This document shows positions 24,621-39,050 of a DNA stretch of 64,000 bases, piece after piece. Origin of the DNA: the human T2T-CHM13v2.0 reference genome, Homo sapiens. Where the stretch lies: the NCBI RefSeq assembly GCF_009914755.1, contig NC_060926.1; one strand, written 5' to 3'. Position 1 is the first letter of the stretch; every line of letters begins with the position of its first letter. The translations under genes were made by a program, and so were the position numbers. Below the pieces are notes generated by a model. That model saw nothing but the letters and a program-made list of their open reading frames with translations. It did no database searches and had not been told where the DNA came from.

Positions 24621-27179
24621 CAAGAGTGGATCACCACTCAGACACTACTGGGTGGCTCAAGGTCTATGACCCCAGGTTCTGTTATCTGCTGCCTTCTTCC
24701 CCGTCATGAGGCAAGGAGCACGAACCTCCAGCCTTGGGTGGGGTTGGTTTGAAGCAATGCCTCTGTGGGAAGAGCCCTGCTTTCCTTTGAGGTCCACAGA
24801 CCAAACACAACAGCTCAGGACCAAAAGAAAAGCCATTTCCTGAGCCCAGATCCCCAGAGGGGCACAGTTGGGAGGAGGGTCTGTAAGCGAACACCAGGGG
24901 CCTTGTCAGGCAGCCAGAGATTGGTGACCAACCTACGTCAGGGGCCCGGCCCCATTCCTACATCTCCTCTGGGGGCTGTGGCCAACCCCCACATAGCACC
25001 CCCTTCAGCCACACCCCTTCCCCTCTCCTTCCTGCCCACTAGCCTGGATTTTTCCAAAACAAAGTGCGACACAGCACACTATCCACAAACTCCACTACAC
25101 ACCAACTCGGCAGGAGGAAAACAGCCATTCCTGCCTGTGAGTCCTGGGCCGTGGGCCAGAGACAGCAACACAGCTTGACAAACAGCCACATTATCACAGC
25201 AGCAGGCCCAGGTCCTCCTCCCCCGGGGTGGACTGCTGGAGAGTCCCGTGGCTGGGCAGGGGACTGGCTCAATGACCCTGGAGCCAACCCAACCTGAGAC
25301 AGGTGACAGGAGCCTTACAAATTAGGTTTTCTCTCCTCTTTTACAGTACACAGGCCGTTCTGGTAGCTGCTCACTTGCTTACCTTTCCAAAGCTCATTTT
25401 GTCTCTCCTCCCATAGCCAGACAAGACAGCACACTTACCCACCCCGACACACAGGCACAGACACATCCATCCCAGATCACCAATACTTTCTTCTAAAAAA
25501 AGCCAAAGAGCCTCAGTCACAACTAAACGGCCACCTCTTTCTTCCCTAGGACCAAGGTCGTGCACACTCTTGCAATCAAAAGTTCTTCGTGACGTCTAAC
25601 TTCACTGTCTCTTGCTGTAGCTCTAGTTGACGGGATCCATCTGGCCCAGACTGGGGATGTGGGGACAGCAGCTCTAGGATGTGGCTCCTGAGTGTGCCCA
25701 GACCATTGCCTAGAAGGCTTGGTTCACACACCATCACCCTGTCCCCTTGCCAAAGGTTAGCAGTTCAGGATAACACCAGACCCCAGCAGCAGTCCCAGGA
25801 AGGGATGGAGTGGCATTCACCAAATCATTCAGCAACGCCAAGCCTCTGCTTCCTCATCTATAAAGTGGATTCATAGCCTCTGCCATACAGGGGTGTCAGG
25901 AGGATCGCAAAACACCCAACACAGCTCCCAGCCCTTAGTCAAAATAACAGTAATAAGAATGGCTTACATTTATTGAGCACGTATGATATATTTTGAGTAC
26001 ATTAAACCTGTACATCCTTGGTAGTAGGTACACACAAAAAATTAGGTTCCCCCTGCACCCCAGTCCCAGAAACATCACAAAGCGGGACAAGGGCCCCTCC
26101 CCAGTATGAGTACCCCACGCCCAGGGGAACTCATGCATACCTTGAGCAGAACCTTCCCCACTAATTTAAGAGGCATGCTCCCTGCTCCACCTGGAGAGGC
26201 CCCATGCGGTCCATGGGATGCTGCCGCTTTGTAGGGCTGGACATGCAGGGCTGCCCCAGGGCAATGTGGTGGTGGCAGTGGGCTCACCATGGGAGTCAGG
26301 CTGCCTATAGGAACTGCCCCTCCTGCTCCCGCAGCACTCCCTCCAGGGCCCTCCCCACCGTGGGTCAGGCAGCTGTCAGATGATAGGGCCTCGTGCCATC
26401 AACATCTACCCCTGTGCCAACCACCAAAACCACTCCCTGTTCCTCTGCAGCCCAGGGCGGGTGAAGACGGAGGGGCCAGCACAGGGAGTACGGTCAGAGA
26501 GGGGCAGGGAAGAAAAGACAAAGCCCCACTGTGCTGGGAGTCTGCCCCTGGGGTGTGGAGACAAGACCAACCCCGAACGGGGCTCAAAGCACGTCCTGGA
26601 AGAGACCCCGAGCCCTTCTGTGGGATCCTTCCATTTCAGGCATCCGCCCCTTCCCCTCTCCCCAAAATGGGAGGCAGGAGGAGCCCATGGGGACCCGTGG
26701 ACCCATCTCCCAGCCTCCTCCTGAACCAATAGCATCTAAGCCACACAGTGGAGCTTGCTATTTTCTAAGACTCTTGTCTCCAGGGAAGCACTACCACTTC
26801 CCCAAGGACTAAGACCCCCCGCCAAGAGTCAGGGCTCCTTCTCTGCCTCAGCCCTCGGTTTCCCTTGCTGTGGTTTTGCGCATTTCCCCTTGATCCCCAT
26901 GGCCACTCATCACACACCCTCTCTCCTCCCACCCGCCCTGAGCACCGAGGCCTGGCGCAGTCGCTGATGAATGAGCTCTGGATCTCGCTTAGATGGAGGC
27001 AGCACCAAAGGCTGAGGCCCAGCCTGTAAGGAAATGGGCCTGCCCACAATGCCAGCCTCTCCTTCTAGAGAGAGGTAAAGGAAGCCCACGAAACAAGACA
27101 TTATCCACCTCCCACCCCACCCCATTCCCCCTGGCCACCAGGGCCCAGCCCCATCCTTCTTCTCCCCATCCACACTCAC

Positions 27180-27230
27180 GTTGTCCTCGAGGCTTTTCCG
27201 TGTGTTTCCACCCCGGGAGGCTCCTTCTCC
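27180..27230 (-). CDS. TNS1: TNS1 upstream exon GEGASRGGNTRKSLEDN
   Basis: Acceptor tctgcag|GGA, donor AAC|gtgagt; 51 nt, phase 0-0. Confidence 0.9.
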
Positions 27231-28054
27231 CTGCAGACAGAGAAAAGGCAGTCAGAGAGGGGAGGCAAGAAAAATAATCAAAATGCACCTTGCTGGGTTT
27301 GTCAGGAGCGGCAGATGAGGAGGTTGGCAGAGGGGCCTGGGAAAGAACTTTGGTCTTTGTTTCACATTTCTTTGCCCATATCAAGGCCCCCTCAGAACTA
27401 ACCAAATCCTCTCCTTTACAACTCACAGCCACTCCTGTGGGAGATACTATTATTCTCATTTTGCAGATAAGAAAACTGAGGCACAGACAGGCTCATGCCT
27501 TGCCCACAGTCACATAATTAGAACCTTGGCAGAGTCAAGATTTGAACCGAAGTCCTTCATCTCCAAGCCCATGATTTCCTGCTGGCCATCGCCAGGAGAT
27601 CTCTCTCGGTAGCTAACCTCAGTTTCCCCATGGCAGAACCCACCTACTTTCCTCCCTTCATCTTCCGCATAGCCTTGAGGAAACTGTCCAACTCTCAGCT
27701 AGCTCAGAAAGACCTGTTTGGAAAGATCCGCCTGATTTTCTTGCATTCTGCATATTTCATAAGGAAGCCCACATTTAACCACCGGCTGCTCCCTCTCAGC
27801 TCCCACCCTGCCCCTCCCTCTCTGCCTGCCCAGTTGCCTAGCAGCCCATTTCCAAACACACAGGGATGGTCAGATGCCCTTCTCCCAGAGTCAGCAGCCG
27901 CCCCACTACTTCCCTGCAAGTTCCCCAAATCTACTCCGGAAGCATTTCCCCAACCACATCTGTCCACTCTCCCCCAAATCCACTCTCCACTTCCAGCCTT
28001 CTCACACCTGCCCAGGCTGTTCCAGCTCCCCCACCACCACCTGCCATCACTCAC

Positions 28055-28096
28055 CTTGTCCACTACATTCTTTGGTGCATTCTCAGTGGTGATGGG
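28055..28096 (-). CDS. TNS1: TNS1 upstream exon PITTENAPKNVVDK
   Basis: Acceptor tccacag|CCC, donor AAG|gtgagt; 42 nt, phase 0-0. Confidence 0.9.
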
Positions 28097-30347
28097 CTGT
28101 GGACAGAAGGAGAAACAGCATGAGCCCTTAGGGCAGACATCCCAGGGATGGGCTCTCTCCCCATGGCTAGTGGCCCTGATGGGCAGAATGCCCCCTGAGA
28201 CAGGGATGATGAGGCCAACCCAAGACTCAGGCATAATCTGGCTGGCCCCAAGCACAGGAGGGAGAGTTTGACATGTGGAAAACCATCCTAATAGTGCTAG
28301 AACCATCTGGTTCCACAAACCTTCACCAAAGACCCACGCTCAGTGCCCGGCGCCAGGCCTCTGGTTCATACAGTTGCTGACCCCACAAATTGGAGAGGTC
28401 AATGACTTACAGCATCTCATTTATTCCCAAGAATCCAGGGAGGTGAGTACCATTAATACCTTTTATCCCCACTCTACAGATAAGAAAGTTAAATGACTGA
28501 GCCAACATCATCAACTCTAATAGAGACGGCAGGATTTGAACCCCATCTTGGGGCTCTAAGTGAAATCCCAGCAGCCTGAAATAGTGCAGCCAGCCAGTCT
28601 CATTACTTCAGTGGGCTTTCAGGCCACCCACCACTGGGCCTCACACACCTCCATTTCCAAGCACAAAGGCTCTGCTCCATCAGCCCCAGCCCCTAAACTC
28701 TTCTTGCCTGTTCCCACATCCAGGTCTTTACTTATGGAATGCTTTCCCTTCTTTTCCTACAAGGAGGGCTCTCTTCCTCCAGTTAGCCCTCCCTGGCCAC
28801 CCCTGCAAGTGGGATCTCTTTCCCACCTCTGAACTCCAATCACCTCCCTGTCTGGTCCTTAGTGTATGAATAATCTCATCATGGGAATAGATGACTTGTT
28901 TCCCCAACTATTGTTTTATTTGTGATTCTTATTCCACCTTCATCCAAAATAGATTCTAAGCAAAATTTGGACCAATTCATTTGGAAACTCCCTCCTACCA
29001 GGGTGGATGTATGCATAGTGGGCCATCAATAAACTCCTGTTGGCTGATCCCATCCCTCACTCTGGCACCCTCCTTTCTTCACTCAGGGCAGCAGAAGGGC
29101 TTCCTACTAAAGATGGTTTGATTTCTCCCCATAGCAAGAAGAGAAACTTCTTATGCCAGGTTCACCTCCTGATCAGAATCTGAGAGGATTCTGATCCACC
29201 GTTTCCAACTCAGTGAAGTGGTTATGGGGCCCTCAAATTGGGCAGAAAGGCCTGAGCACAACTGGAATGGTTGTGAAGCAAACCTTGACGAGGACAAGTG
29301 TGACCCAGGTTTAAGACCATGTGTCTCGGCACAAGAGGCGCCTGCTCCAACCCCATCCCTGAGAGCTGAGGGATGAGCTGCTCATGTCCAAAGGCAGGGG
29401 AATGGACAGAATGATCCTCTAAAAGGTTCCGGCGTCAGGGAGGAGGAGTGGGCACAGATAGGCATGGAGGAAGAGACTGGGCTGAGCGGAGGTAACAGTG
29501 CTCTCTCTGGAAATGGCCCAGACTCATCTACCCCTACTGCCTGGAAGACAGGCGGCTGAGGCCAAAACTACTCTCCAGGGGATGAAACTTCCTGAGCAGT
29601 TCAGGGCCAAGGCAGCTGGGGACGGTAGAGGGACAACGGGGTCCAGGCACAGGGGTTGGGGGGACAGGGGCCAACCCCTCCCACACCTCTCCTCCACTAT
29701 CCTCCCTGCTGCTAGGTACACCACCTTCTCTCCACTTGGAGTCCGAGGATGGCTCTGGAGGAGGAATAATGATGGCACGTTCTGCCCTCTCTCAGCTCAG
29801 CCCTAATCCTAACCCACTAATCCCCTAACCCACTCAGGGTAAGTCAGAGCTCGTGGAGCTGCCTGCTTATTAGGACCAGGTGCTCCCCTCAGCCGCCAAC
29901 AACCCAGCCCCACCCACCCCTCTACCAGGGACCACCCCCCACACCCCCTCCCCGCTAAAGCAGTGTCGCCCACCCCAGGCCCTCTCTACCCTCCAGCCTC
30001 TCCCTTCTTTTCCAGGGGCTCTGTCATTCCCACGTGGAGACCTGAGGTTGGGCAGAACAGCCCAGCTGCCTCGTCTCAGAGCTGCTCTGGTCTCCTGTGG
30101 GAAGGAAGGGAACTCCCAGAAGGCAGACCACAGCGGAACTGAGATGCAAACCCAAATCCCCCAACTCCAAAGCCCTCACTCCTGACCTGTCCGCTACCCA
30201 GCCTCCTAGAATGGACAGACATGGAGTAGGGTGGACAAGCTAGAGATGCTACACCTGCCCCAGGCCCGTTCAGGGCCCAGAAAAGCCTCTCTTCCTCCTC
30301 TGGTTAAAGCCTCCTAATAGGCCTCGACCCTCAGCAGAGCATGAGCC

Positions 30348-30414
30348 CAGGGGTCTCAAACTTGAACATGCATAGCACCACCTAGAGGGCTGTTGACCCA
30401 CAGGTGCCTGGGTG

Positions 30415-30459
<45 letters not shown>

Positions 30460-30545
30460 AGACCTACGGTGGGACTTAAGGACGTGCATTTCTACCAGGT
30501 TTCCAGGCAACACAGGTCCCAGATGCTTCTCCGAGAACAACCAGC
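30348..30545. mobile_element. MER5A-like hAT-Charlie element with an internal (CA)n at 30417-30456
   Basis: caggggtctcaaacttgaacatgcat..cacctagagggc..gcatttctaccaggtttccagg..gagaac. Confidence 0.65.
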
Positions 30546-31555
30546 CTCAGCTAACAGCTCCCTTGCCTCCAGGCAGGACAACTCCAACTCGGAATCAGCT
30601 TGGGAGCAGGTGGCAGGATTTGGACTGACTGCTCCCTAAAAGGCCTTGGCAGCAGACTGCCCAGGTCCACATGCTAATTCTCTCGGCTGCTACCTAACTA
30701 TGCAACCTTAAGCAGGTCACCTTGTCCTTCCTGCTCCTCAACAGGCCCGCACAGGGTTATTTTGGGGGGATCAAATGCAATAAAGCACATAAAGCACTTA
30801 GAAGAGTGCAAGACACTAGAAAGCTCTCAATACTTGTCAGCTATCACTATTGTTTATCGTCTCTAGCCTCGGGGCAGCACCTCATATCCCTGAGGCCCAG
30901 GCCCTCTCCAGCCCACCCTGCCTCACTGTGACCCTCTTGCCCCAACCCTCCTGGGTCTGGCATGGTGCACACAAGGGAGCTGAAGTCAATATTAGAAACC
31001 ACAGGCCTCAGCAGTGCAAGAGAAACTTTCTCCTCCTGCCAGTGATCATCTGAGCACCATCCCCTTTGCCCCCACCCCTTCCCCATGCCAGCTGGAGGCC
31101 GGCCACAGGGTGACGCTTGCCAGAGTTCAGATGCCTTCAGCTTACTGGTTGAGATGCTTTCTGAGGAGCTAAAAATTTCCAAGTCCCCACCCCCTGCACC
31201 ATCTAAACATCCCAGTTGTCCTGCAGTGTTTGCAAACACAGCCAGCATGCATGCTGCCCGACCCTCCTCTGCCCTCCAACCCAACTCTCCCAGGATTCAA
31301 GTCCTATCTCTCTGTTTCCCAACACTTCCAGCCTTGGGGCTACTGGGAAGGAAAAAGGCATGGGACTGGTAACAGGAGGGCAGGATCCCCTGAGGCTGCC
31401 ACTGCCCCAGGCCCTGCAGGGAGGCCGGGGCCAGTGGGAAGCCCTACCATTGACACTGCCTAATGAGTCCAGCTGGCACTCCCGGGACCCTCTGGAACCA
31501 AAGCCCCTGACCTTCATCTTCACTCCATTCCTGGCCAGGATGTTTCTACAGCTAC

Positions 31556-31616
<61 letters not shown>
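31556..31616. repeat. (CA)n microsatellite
   Basis: About 60 bp near-perfect CA run. Confidence 0.97.
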
Positions 31617-34600
31617 CCATCCTTGCATGCCACTCCTGGGGACATCTGCTCTGAGAGGGACTTAAGACATCATCTCCTCCATCCCCCTGTTTCACACATG
31701 GGGAAATTGAGGTCCAGGGAGGTCTGATCTGCCCAGCCTTTCATGGTGAGGTTTGTGGCATGGCTGGAGCTGGTTCCCAGGTTTGTAAAGCCCACTGCCA
31801 GGCTCATCTCACTGCCCTCACCCTTGGCCCCCAGCCATCCTGCTGGCAGGGTGAGCTGGTGCCTCCCTGCAGGCTCTTCTTTTCCTTCCTCCTCAAGTCA
31901 GCTGCAAAGGGATGAAGTGGGTGGAGGCCAAACACAGACAGACCCCTATGTCTGTCTCCACCCACTGCCCAGTCCCAGGACAAAGCCTGGAGCTTAAGGT
32001 CCCCAGGCTTTCCAAAGTGAGAGCAGCTGACTCACTGTTCCACCAGGGGTCTTCCAGAGTCCCCCCTTACCTCCCAGGAGGGACAACTCAGAATCCAGCT
32101 TAGAAGCAGGTGGCAGGGTTTGAACCTATCACTACCTGAAAACCAAGCCCTGCTCTTAGCGGGCTGCTCTGCTCTAGAGTCCCAAAACCAGCAGTTAGAG
32201 CAAAGCAAGGTGGGGACTAGGGCGAATGTTGGGGCACAACATTTAAGAAGGCATTGCTCTCACTCTGAGGTCCTGCGAGTGCACTTGCATAATCCTGAGA
32301 GTGATGACTCCTCAGATCTTGCACCCTAGAGGCCTCACTCTCTGGCCCTCATCCTGGCCCTGGCCCTGAGATGCCTTTTCATAAACTTATTGCAAGAATT
32401 ACAACTATTCATTTAGGGATGGCAATGCCCGGAACACAGTACTGGGCTCTTTGCTTTCCTGATCACCAGTCCTCACAACCACCCTGGGAGGCGAGCATTA
32501 CCGCAGGGTACAGTTTAGGAAACTGAGGGCCTGGGAGATGTAGTGACTCACCCAAGGTTCCACAGCCAGTCGGTAGGAGAGCTGCTGTTTGAACCTTGCT
32601 CCTCACCTCCCCATCATGCTATCTCCCCTCTCCCTGGCAATGATCTCCAGGCAGTTCCTCTGATAACTGCCTTCCTGTGGGGAACAAGCTTTCTGAAAAT
32701 TGAAGGCCAGTTATAGCAGGACTTCTGTCCAGGTCCTCAGTAGGAAGACACTTCTTAACCATACTTCCACAGAAAGAATAGGAACTGGGCTGCATAGGAA
32801 AGACTGAGATCAGACAACAGAGAGAACTTCCTGAATTCGAGGGGTCGGGAACCACAGGGTGGATAAGGGAAGCTCCACATCCTTTCCTCAATTTTTTTCC
32901 AAAAAAAGACACATATGCCCTCTCCACACATGCCTTTACCCTCCCCCACTGCATGGGCCCAAGGTGGGGCCAGGAGGGGCCTTTCTGCTGGAAGGTTGGG
33001 GGGTGGCTGCCAGGACGGCCTAGAGGCTCACGCAGGAGGACAGGTTAGTGGCCTGCAAGGAGGGTGGGCTGGGAAAAATGTATCTGTGCTGCTGTTTTAG
33101 AGGAAGGAAACAACAGGGTGGGGGAGGTTCCCATGCCTGAGCCCAGGGCCGAGGGGAAGGGGATTGGGGAGGAGGGTGCGCAGAATGCGGGCTCAGCCTC
33201 CGGAGGAACATTCCGTCCGGAAATTCCTTACACCCTGCCCCTTTCCACCCTCCAACTCTCCCGACTCTTGCCCCCTGGGAGGCCTGGAATCTGGGGGGCT
33301 TGGGGGCCAAAAAGACCACCCCATGACCAGATCTACTGCCATGGCAATGAACTGCGAGGTCACCATCGCACTGCCTATCAAGAGGGGAAGGAACTGGGAG
33401 CTGGCAGGGAGGGCTAGCGAGGGCTGGAATGGCCTCAGACCCAGGACCCAGAGAAAGTTATTCTAGGCTCACTTGTTTCAAAAATAGAATCATAAGCAAA
33501 TGCAAGGAGGGGGCTAAAAACAGAAGGGAAGGGCAGGGAAACAGAGTTTATGGGGCACTTGGAGCATGGCAGGCTGTGAGATGGCACGTTAGAGGTGCGG
33601 CCCCATTTAATCGTCCCCACATACAGACCTATGAGAGCCCTCTATCAACAGCCTAATCACGAAAACAAGGCAGCGGCAGCGGCAGAAGGCAGCAAAGGGA
33701 GAGAGCGCTTTCTCCGTGCCCCGTGCCTCCCAAGGCATCACCTCCCTTCACTGTCATAAGCAAGGGCTCTAGAAGGAGCACTTTGAACACCTTTCTGCAA
33801 ATGAGGAGACGGAGTTTCCAGGGAGGGTGGCCGCTCAATGTGAGATCAGATCTGCGCCTCCGAGTCTAAGACCTCTGAGGTCTGCACCTCCCAGAGCCCT
33901 GTGCTCTCCCCTCGCTCAGTCTTGAGGAAGTGGGAGCCGATGGGTGAGGGCTAGAGAAAGAGCACTGAGCAGATGGGGCTGGCAGAGGATGCTGGCAGTG
34001 GAGCCTGGGACCCTGAAGTATATCTGCTCAGTTGCTCCAGGGGCCACATCCCCTCCCAGCAGGCCCAGGCCACCAGAGGAAAAGAATAGGCTCCATGTGA
34101 TTAAGGGGAGAGTTATGTCTGATTTCTCCACAGGGGAAGGATCTGGCCAGACCACACCTGTCCTCAGCCCCTTCTCCTAATTCACCCCAAGGGGCCCAAC
34201 ACCCAAATCCTGACTGAGGCTGTGCAACTGTGGACACCCCCAATGCAGCCGGCTTGCACAGGTTGGAATATTTTGTGTTCCCTCTTGCCATGTCCTTCAG
34301 TGGATATGGCTCTCCTCCCCGACCTGGCCAGGGCACTGGAAGGCTGTGCCCTTCCTCCACACCCCTCCAGCCACCCTTGCCTGCAGCCTTGAAGCCACAC
34401 TGAGCATCTATACCAGCTCAGCCCTCCCCTGGCGGTCCCTCCCTGCCAAGCCACCCTGAAACTGGCAGCAGACTCCCAGCTCTAACACCCTGCTTTGGGT
34501 CACTTCCCCACTCAGGGACCCAGGATAGCCCTTAGTGCTTAGCACATCAAGTTCAAGTTCCCCAGTGTGGTTTGTGGACTCCTCCAATATCTGGCCCCTT

Positions 34601-35347
34601 CTCCCTCCAGCCACTCCACTGCTTGCTCTCTCTTCTCCAGCATGCAGCCTCTGTTCACAGCTGCTCAGGCCCACCAGGCCTGTCACGCTCATCCCTGCCC
34701 CCATTCCTGCACCCACACTGCTCCCACCACAAGCCCCAGGCAGGGTCACCAAGGGTTGTTTGGGCCCTGGTGATACAAGATTGCCTGGTTCTCTCTTCCC
34801 GCCAGCAAGAGAGACTTGCCCAAAACATTTACACTAGATTGCCTGGCCCTCTTTCAGACTCAGCAATTGGTACCAAGGTCCTACGCCCTTTCTGTTTCAG
34901 CCCTGCTACCTTCCAAAACGCCCTCCCTCCTTCCCTCCTCTCTTCTATTTGTTCCAGACTTAAACTAGGCTTGAACAGAAGGCAGGTTTCCCCAACCACC
35001 ACAGCACAAGCAAATCACTTCCTCCCCTGAACACCAAGGCTACCACCTCTGGTCAAAACCCCAGAGTCAGGCACTATTTCCATAGTGTGGTTCTCTCTCT
35101 CTCACTGAACAGAGGGTTCCCTGAGGTCAGAACCCTTCACCCTACTTGGGCCTTTCAAAGTGGGGATTACAGGGGAGGTATTCAGCACATTCAGGGATGC
35201 CTGGACCTCTGTGGATCTTGTCACTTTGTAACGCAGCCAAATGACAGGACCTCAGTGAGCCTGAGGACTTCTAGCCAGGCAGCTCCCTGTGGAGCTGGTG
35301 CTTCCATCAGCATGGTGCCTTATACCTGATAGGTATCAGTAAGAATG

Positions 35348-35636
35348 TTTTGGGTTTTTTTGTTTTGTTTTTGTTTTTGTTTTGACACGGAGTCTCGCTC
35401 TGTCGCCAGACTGGAGTGCAGTGGTGCGATCTCAGCTCACTGCAACCTCTGCCTCAGCCTCCCAAGTAGCTAGGACTACAGGCACAAGACACCACGCCCA
35501 GCCAATTTTTGTATTTTTAGTAGAGACGGGGTTTCACCATGTTAGCCAGGATGGTCTCGATCTCTTGACCTTGTGATCCACCCGCCTCAGCATCCCAAAG
35601 TGCTGGGATTATAGGCGTGAGCCACCGCATCCAGCC
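35348..35636 (-). mobile_element. AluSc-like element with an internal deletion
   Basis: ctctgtcgccag and atggtctcgatctcttgacc diagnostics; lacks the ccgggttcaagcgattct segment. Confidence 0.9.
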
Positions 35637-38134
35637 TAAATGCTGTTCTTTAAGGAGCACTTTGAACCCCTTTTGGCAAATGAGGAGCTGAGTTTCCTCC
35701 TCTTTCTGAGGACCTCTACCTACCAAGTTCTACTTTGCAGAACAATGGAAAATGAATCCATTTGTCTTTCAACATATTCTCACTCCCATTCTGTGCCCGT
35801 CCCACGTCTTCTCTCTCTAGGCTAAGCGGCCCTAGGGGTTGCACAAGTTGGGGTTTTCAACCTCCCTCCCCATGCTCAGCATCCTCTTGGGAATGCAATG
35901 CTCAGAGTTTGCCCCTCCCCTTTGAAAATCAGCCATTTTTTCAGGATTTCCCAAGGATGGCCACCCATGGCCTGCCCAGTGCCTTGGGATGAAATGCATC
36001 GGGTCGGAGTTCAGGCTGACTGAAGTGACTGCACATCACCCTTGATGGAGCGAGCCCGCACACTGAAGCTGAGTGCTCCGCTCCCTTTCTCTGCTTCCAG
36101 TTAACGTCACATCCTTCTCTGCTTCCATGAGGCAGCACAATGCCTCAGATCTGACACTGCGAGACCTTCAGAAAGTCACTTAAGAAGATCAGGGCCTGTT
36201 TCTTTATCTGCAAAAGAACAGGATGGGACTAGATAGCGTCCAAAGTCCTCTCCACCCTGTGGCTCCAGGTCTACTCCATGCCCGTCTGTCTTCAAGAAGC
36301 ACTGACAACTGTGGCAGAAAGGAACCCTGAAGCCCCAGCACGTAGAACAGTGCCTGGCACTGAGGGGTCCTAAGCCCAGGGGGTAGGTGCTCCAGAGATA
36401 TGTATTGGTAAGATGGCTGGATGGTTACATGGATGGACAGACCCTCCCTCAAATCCCAAGCCTACTGGCAAACAGAGAAGCTAGCTGTTTAGAAAGAGGG
36501 GCTCAGGAGAAGCCCATCACCCGGCAACATCGGGTACTTAAATCAGGAGCAAGCACCGAGGGCAGCCTGGGGAGAAACACAGACCAAGAATCCACTCCTG
36601 ACCCAGCCCTGCCACTGCGAGCTGTGTGACCATGAACAAGGCACCCAGTTTGCTCCATGTACAGTTTGTTCCTGTCTTCTCAGGGTGGGCTTGGGCCTGC
36701 CAGGCTTCCACACAGGTCACTGTGAGGTCCCAATGGCCCCACGTCATGGAAAAGGCTTTGAAAACGGCAAGTGCTATGCAAGTGACAGTGACGTCAGTTA
36801 TTATTCATGCTTAGGAGGGTGAACTCTGGTGCCAGACCACCGTGTCAGAATCCCAGCTCCCCCTTTTCATAGCTCTGTGGCCTTCAGCTTCAGTTCTTCA
36901 TCTGTGACATTGGGATCATCACAGCACCTCCCTCATTGCACTGTAATCAGGATTAAATCAGTTTATTTTTGTAAAGTGTTTAGAACGAAGCTCGGCAGAT
37001 ATGAAGTTCCAGTAAAGGGTTAATCTCTCACTGTTGCTATTACTATTATGAGTGAAACCAGCCTCCTCGGGCTCCCATGGTGTCCCCCTGCAATCCAAGC
37101 ATGATTTCCTACTGGGCAATTCCTATTCCCCCATTCACCTCCTCCCCTCCAGACCCCCCACCCTGACCTGCAGACCTCCAAGTCATTCTACAGGGACGTT
37201 CCAAGCCCCTGTGCTGGGCCTGACTGGGCAAGTAGAAGCAATGTGCACATCATTCCACCCCCAGTGCAGCTCTCCCGCACACAGAAGACCTGACATCCGC
37301 CGACCTTGGTGGCCAACCCATTTGGCGATCACCCTTGAAAAATTCTTTTGACTTATTTTTCAGAAGTTGAGAAAAGCTGCTTCAGCTCTTTGCAAGGATC
37401 AGGAGTGTCCGTGGCAAACAAGCCCTCTTGCCTCTCCATCCTGCCCCACCAGTGCCCCACAGGAGGGTGGTGACCCTAGGTCCCTTCTACCCAAGGCCTT
37501 GGGCAACATCTGTTGAGTAAGATGAAAACATGGTTGAAGATTAAGCCACTTTACCCTGGCTGGCCCGGGCACAGGTTGGGAAATGTATTTGGCTGGCAGG
37601 GCCTGAAGCCGGGCAGAAATTCTATGTCTGGGATGAGAGGTCCTAATCCCAGGGGTTGGAATTTAAGCAAGATCAGTGAGAAGTCCAGACAGAGAGCTGG
37701 AACTCAACTGAGACATGAAGAAAACACAACACACAGAAGGACAGACACACCATGAGGGACAGAGAATGGGCAGGGAGGCCGGAGAGCAGCCTACCGAGGC
37801 TGAAGGGCAGGCAACAAATGGAAAAGGAAGGAAAAATACAAACCCGCCCTTTCCTCCCTCTTGTGAACCTGTTCAAAGCACTTGCCTCGCCCGCCCGTGA
37901 GGAAACAGGTGCTGAGTGCTCCTGGGGAAGCCAAACTTTCTCCCGGTTTCCCCTGGGCCACTTTCCCACTCCCCAGGGACAGTAGCAGAGCTTCCAGCTG
38001 AAGGCAGCTGCCACCTTCCCCCATGGCCCCCCACCTTTAGGACTCAACAGCCCCACCCATTCACCAGCTAGGGAACATGGAGTCATAGCAGTCCTGTTTA
38101 TTGAGTACCTAATCTGCCAGACATCGGGCTGAAT

Positions 38135-39050
<916 letters not shown>

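Noticed and set aside
27630-28318. 213-aa (+) and 204-aa (-) ORFs
   Set aside because: Only the 42-nt TNS1 exon inside the minus ORF is supported; the rest is intronic read-through
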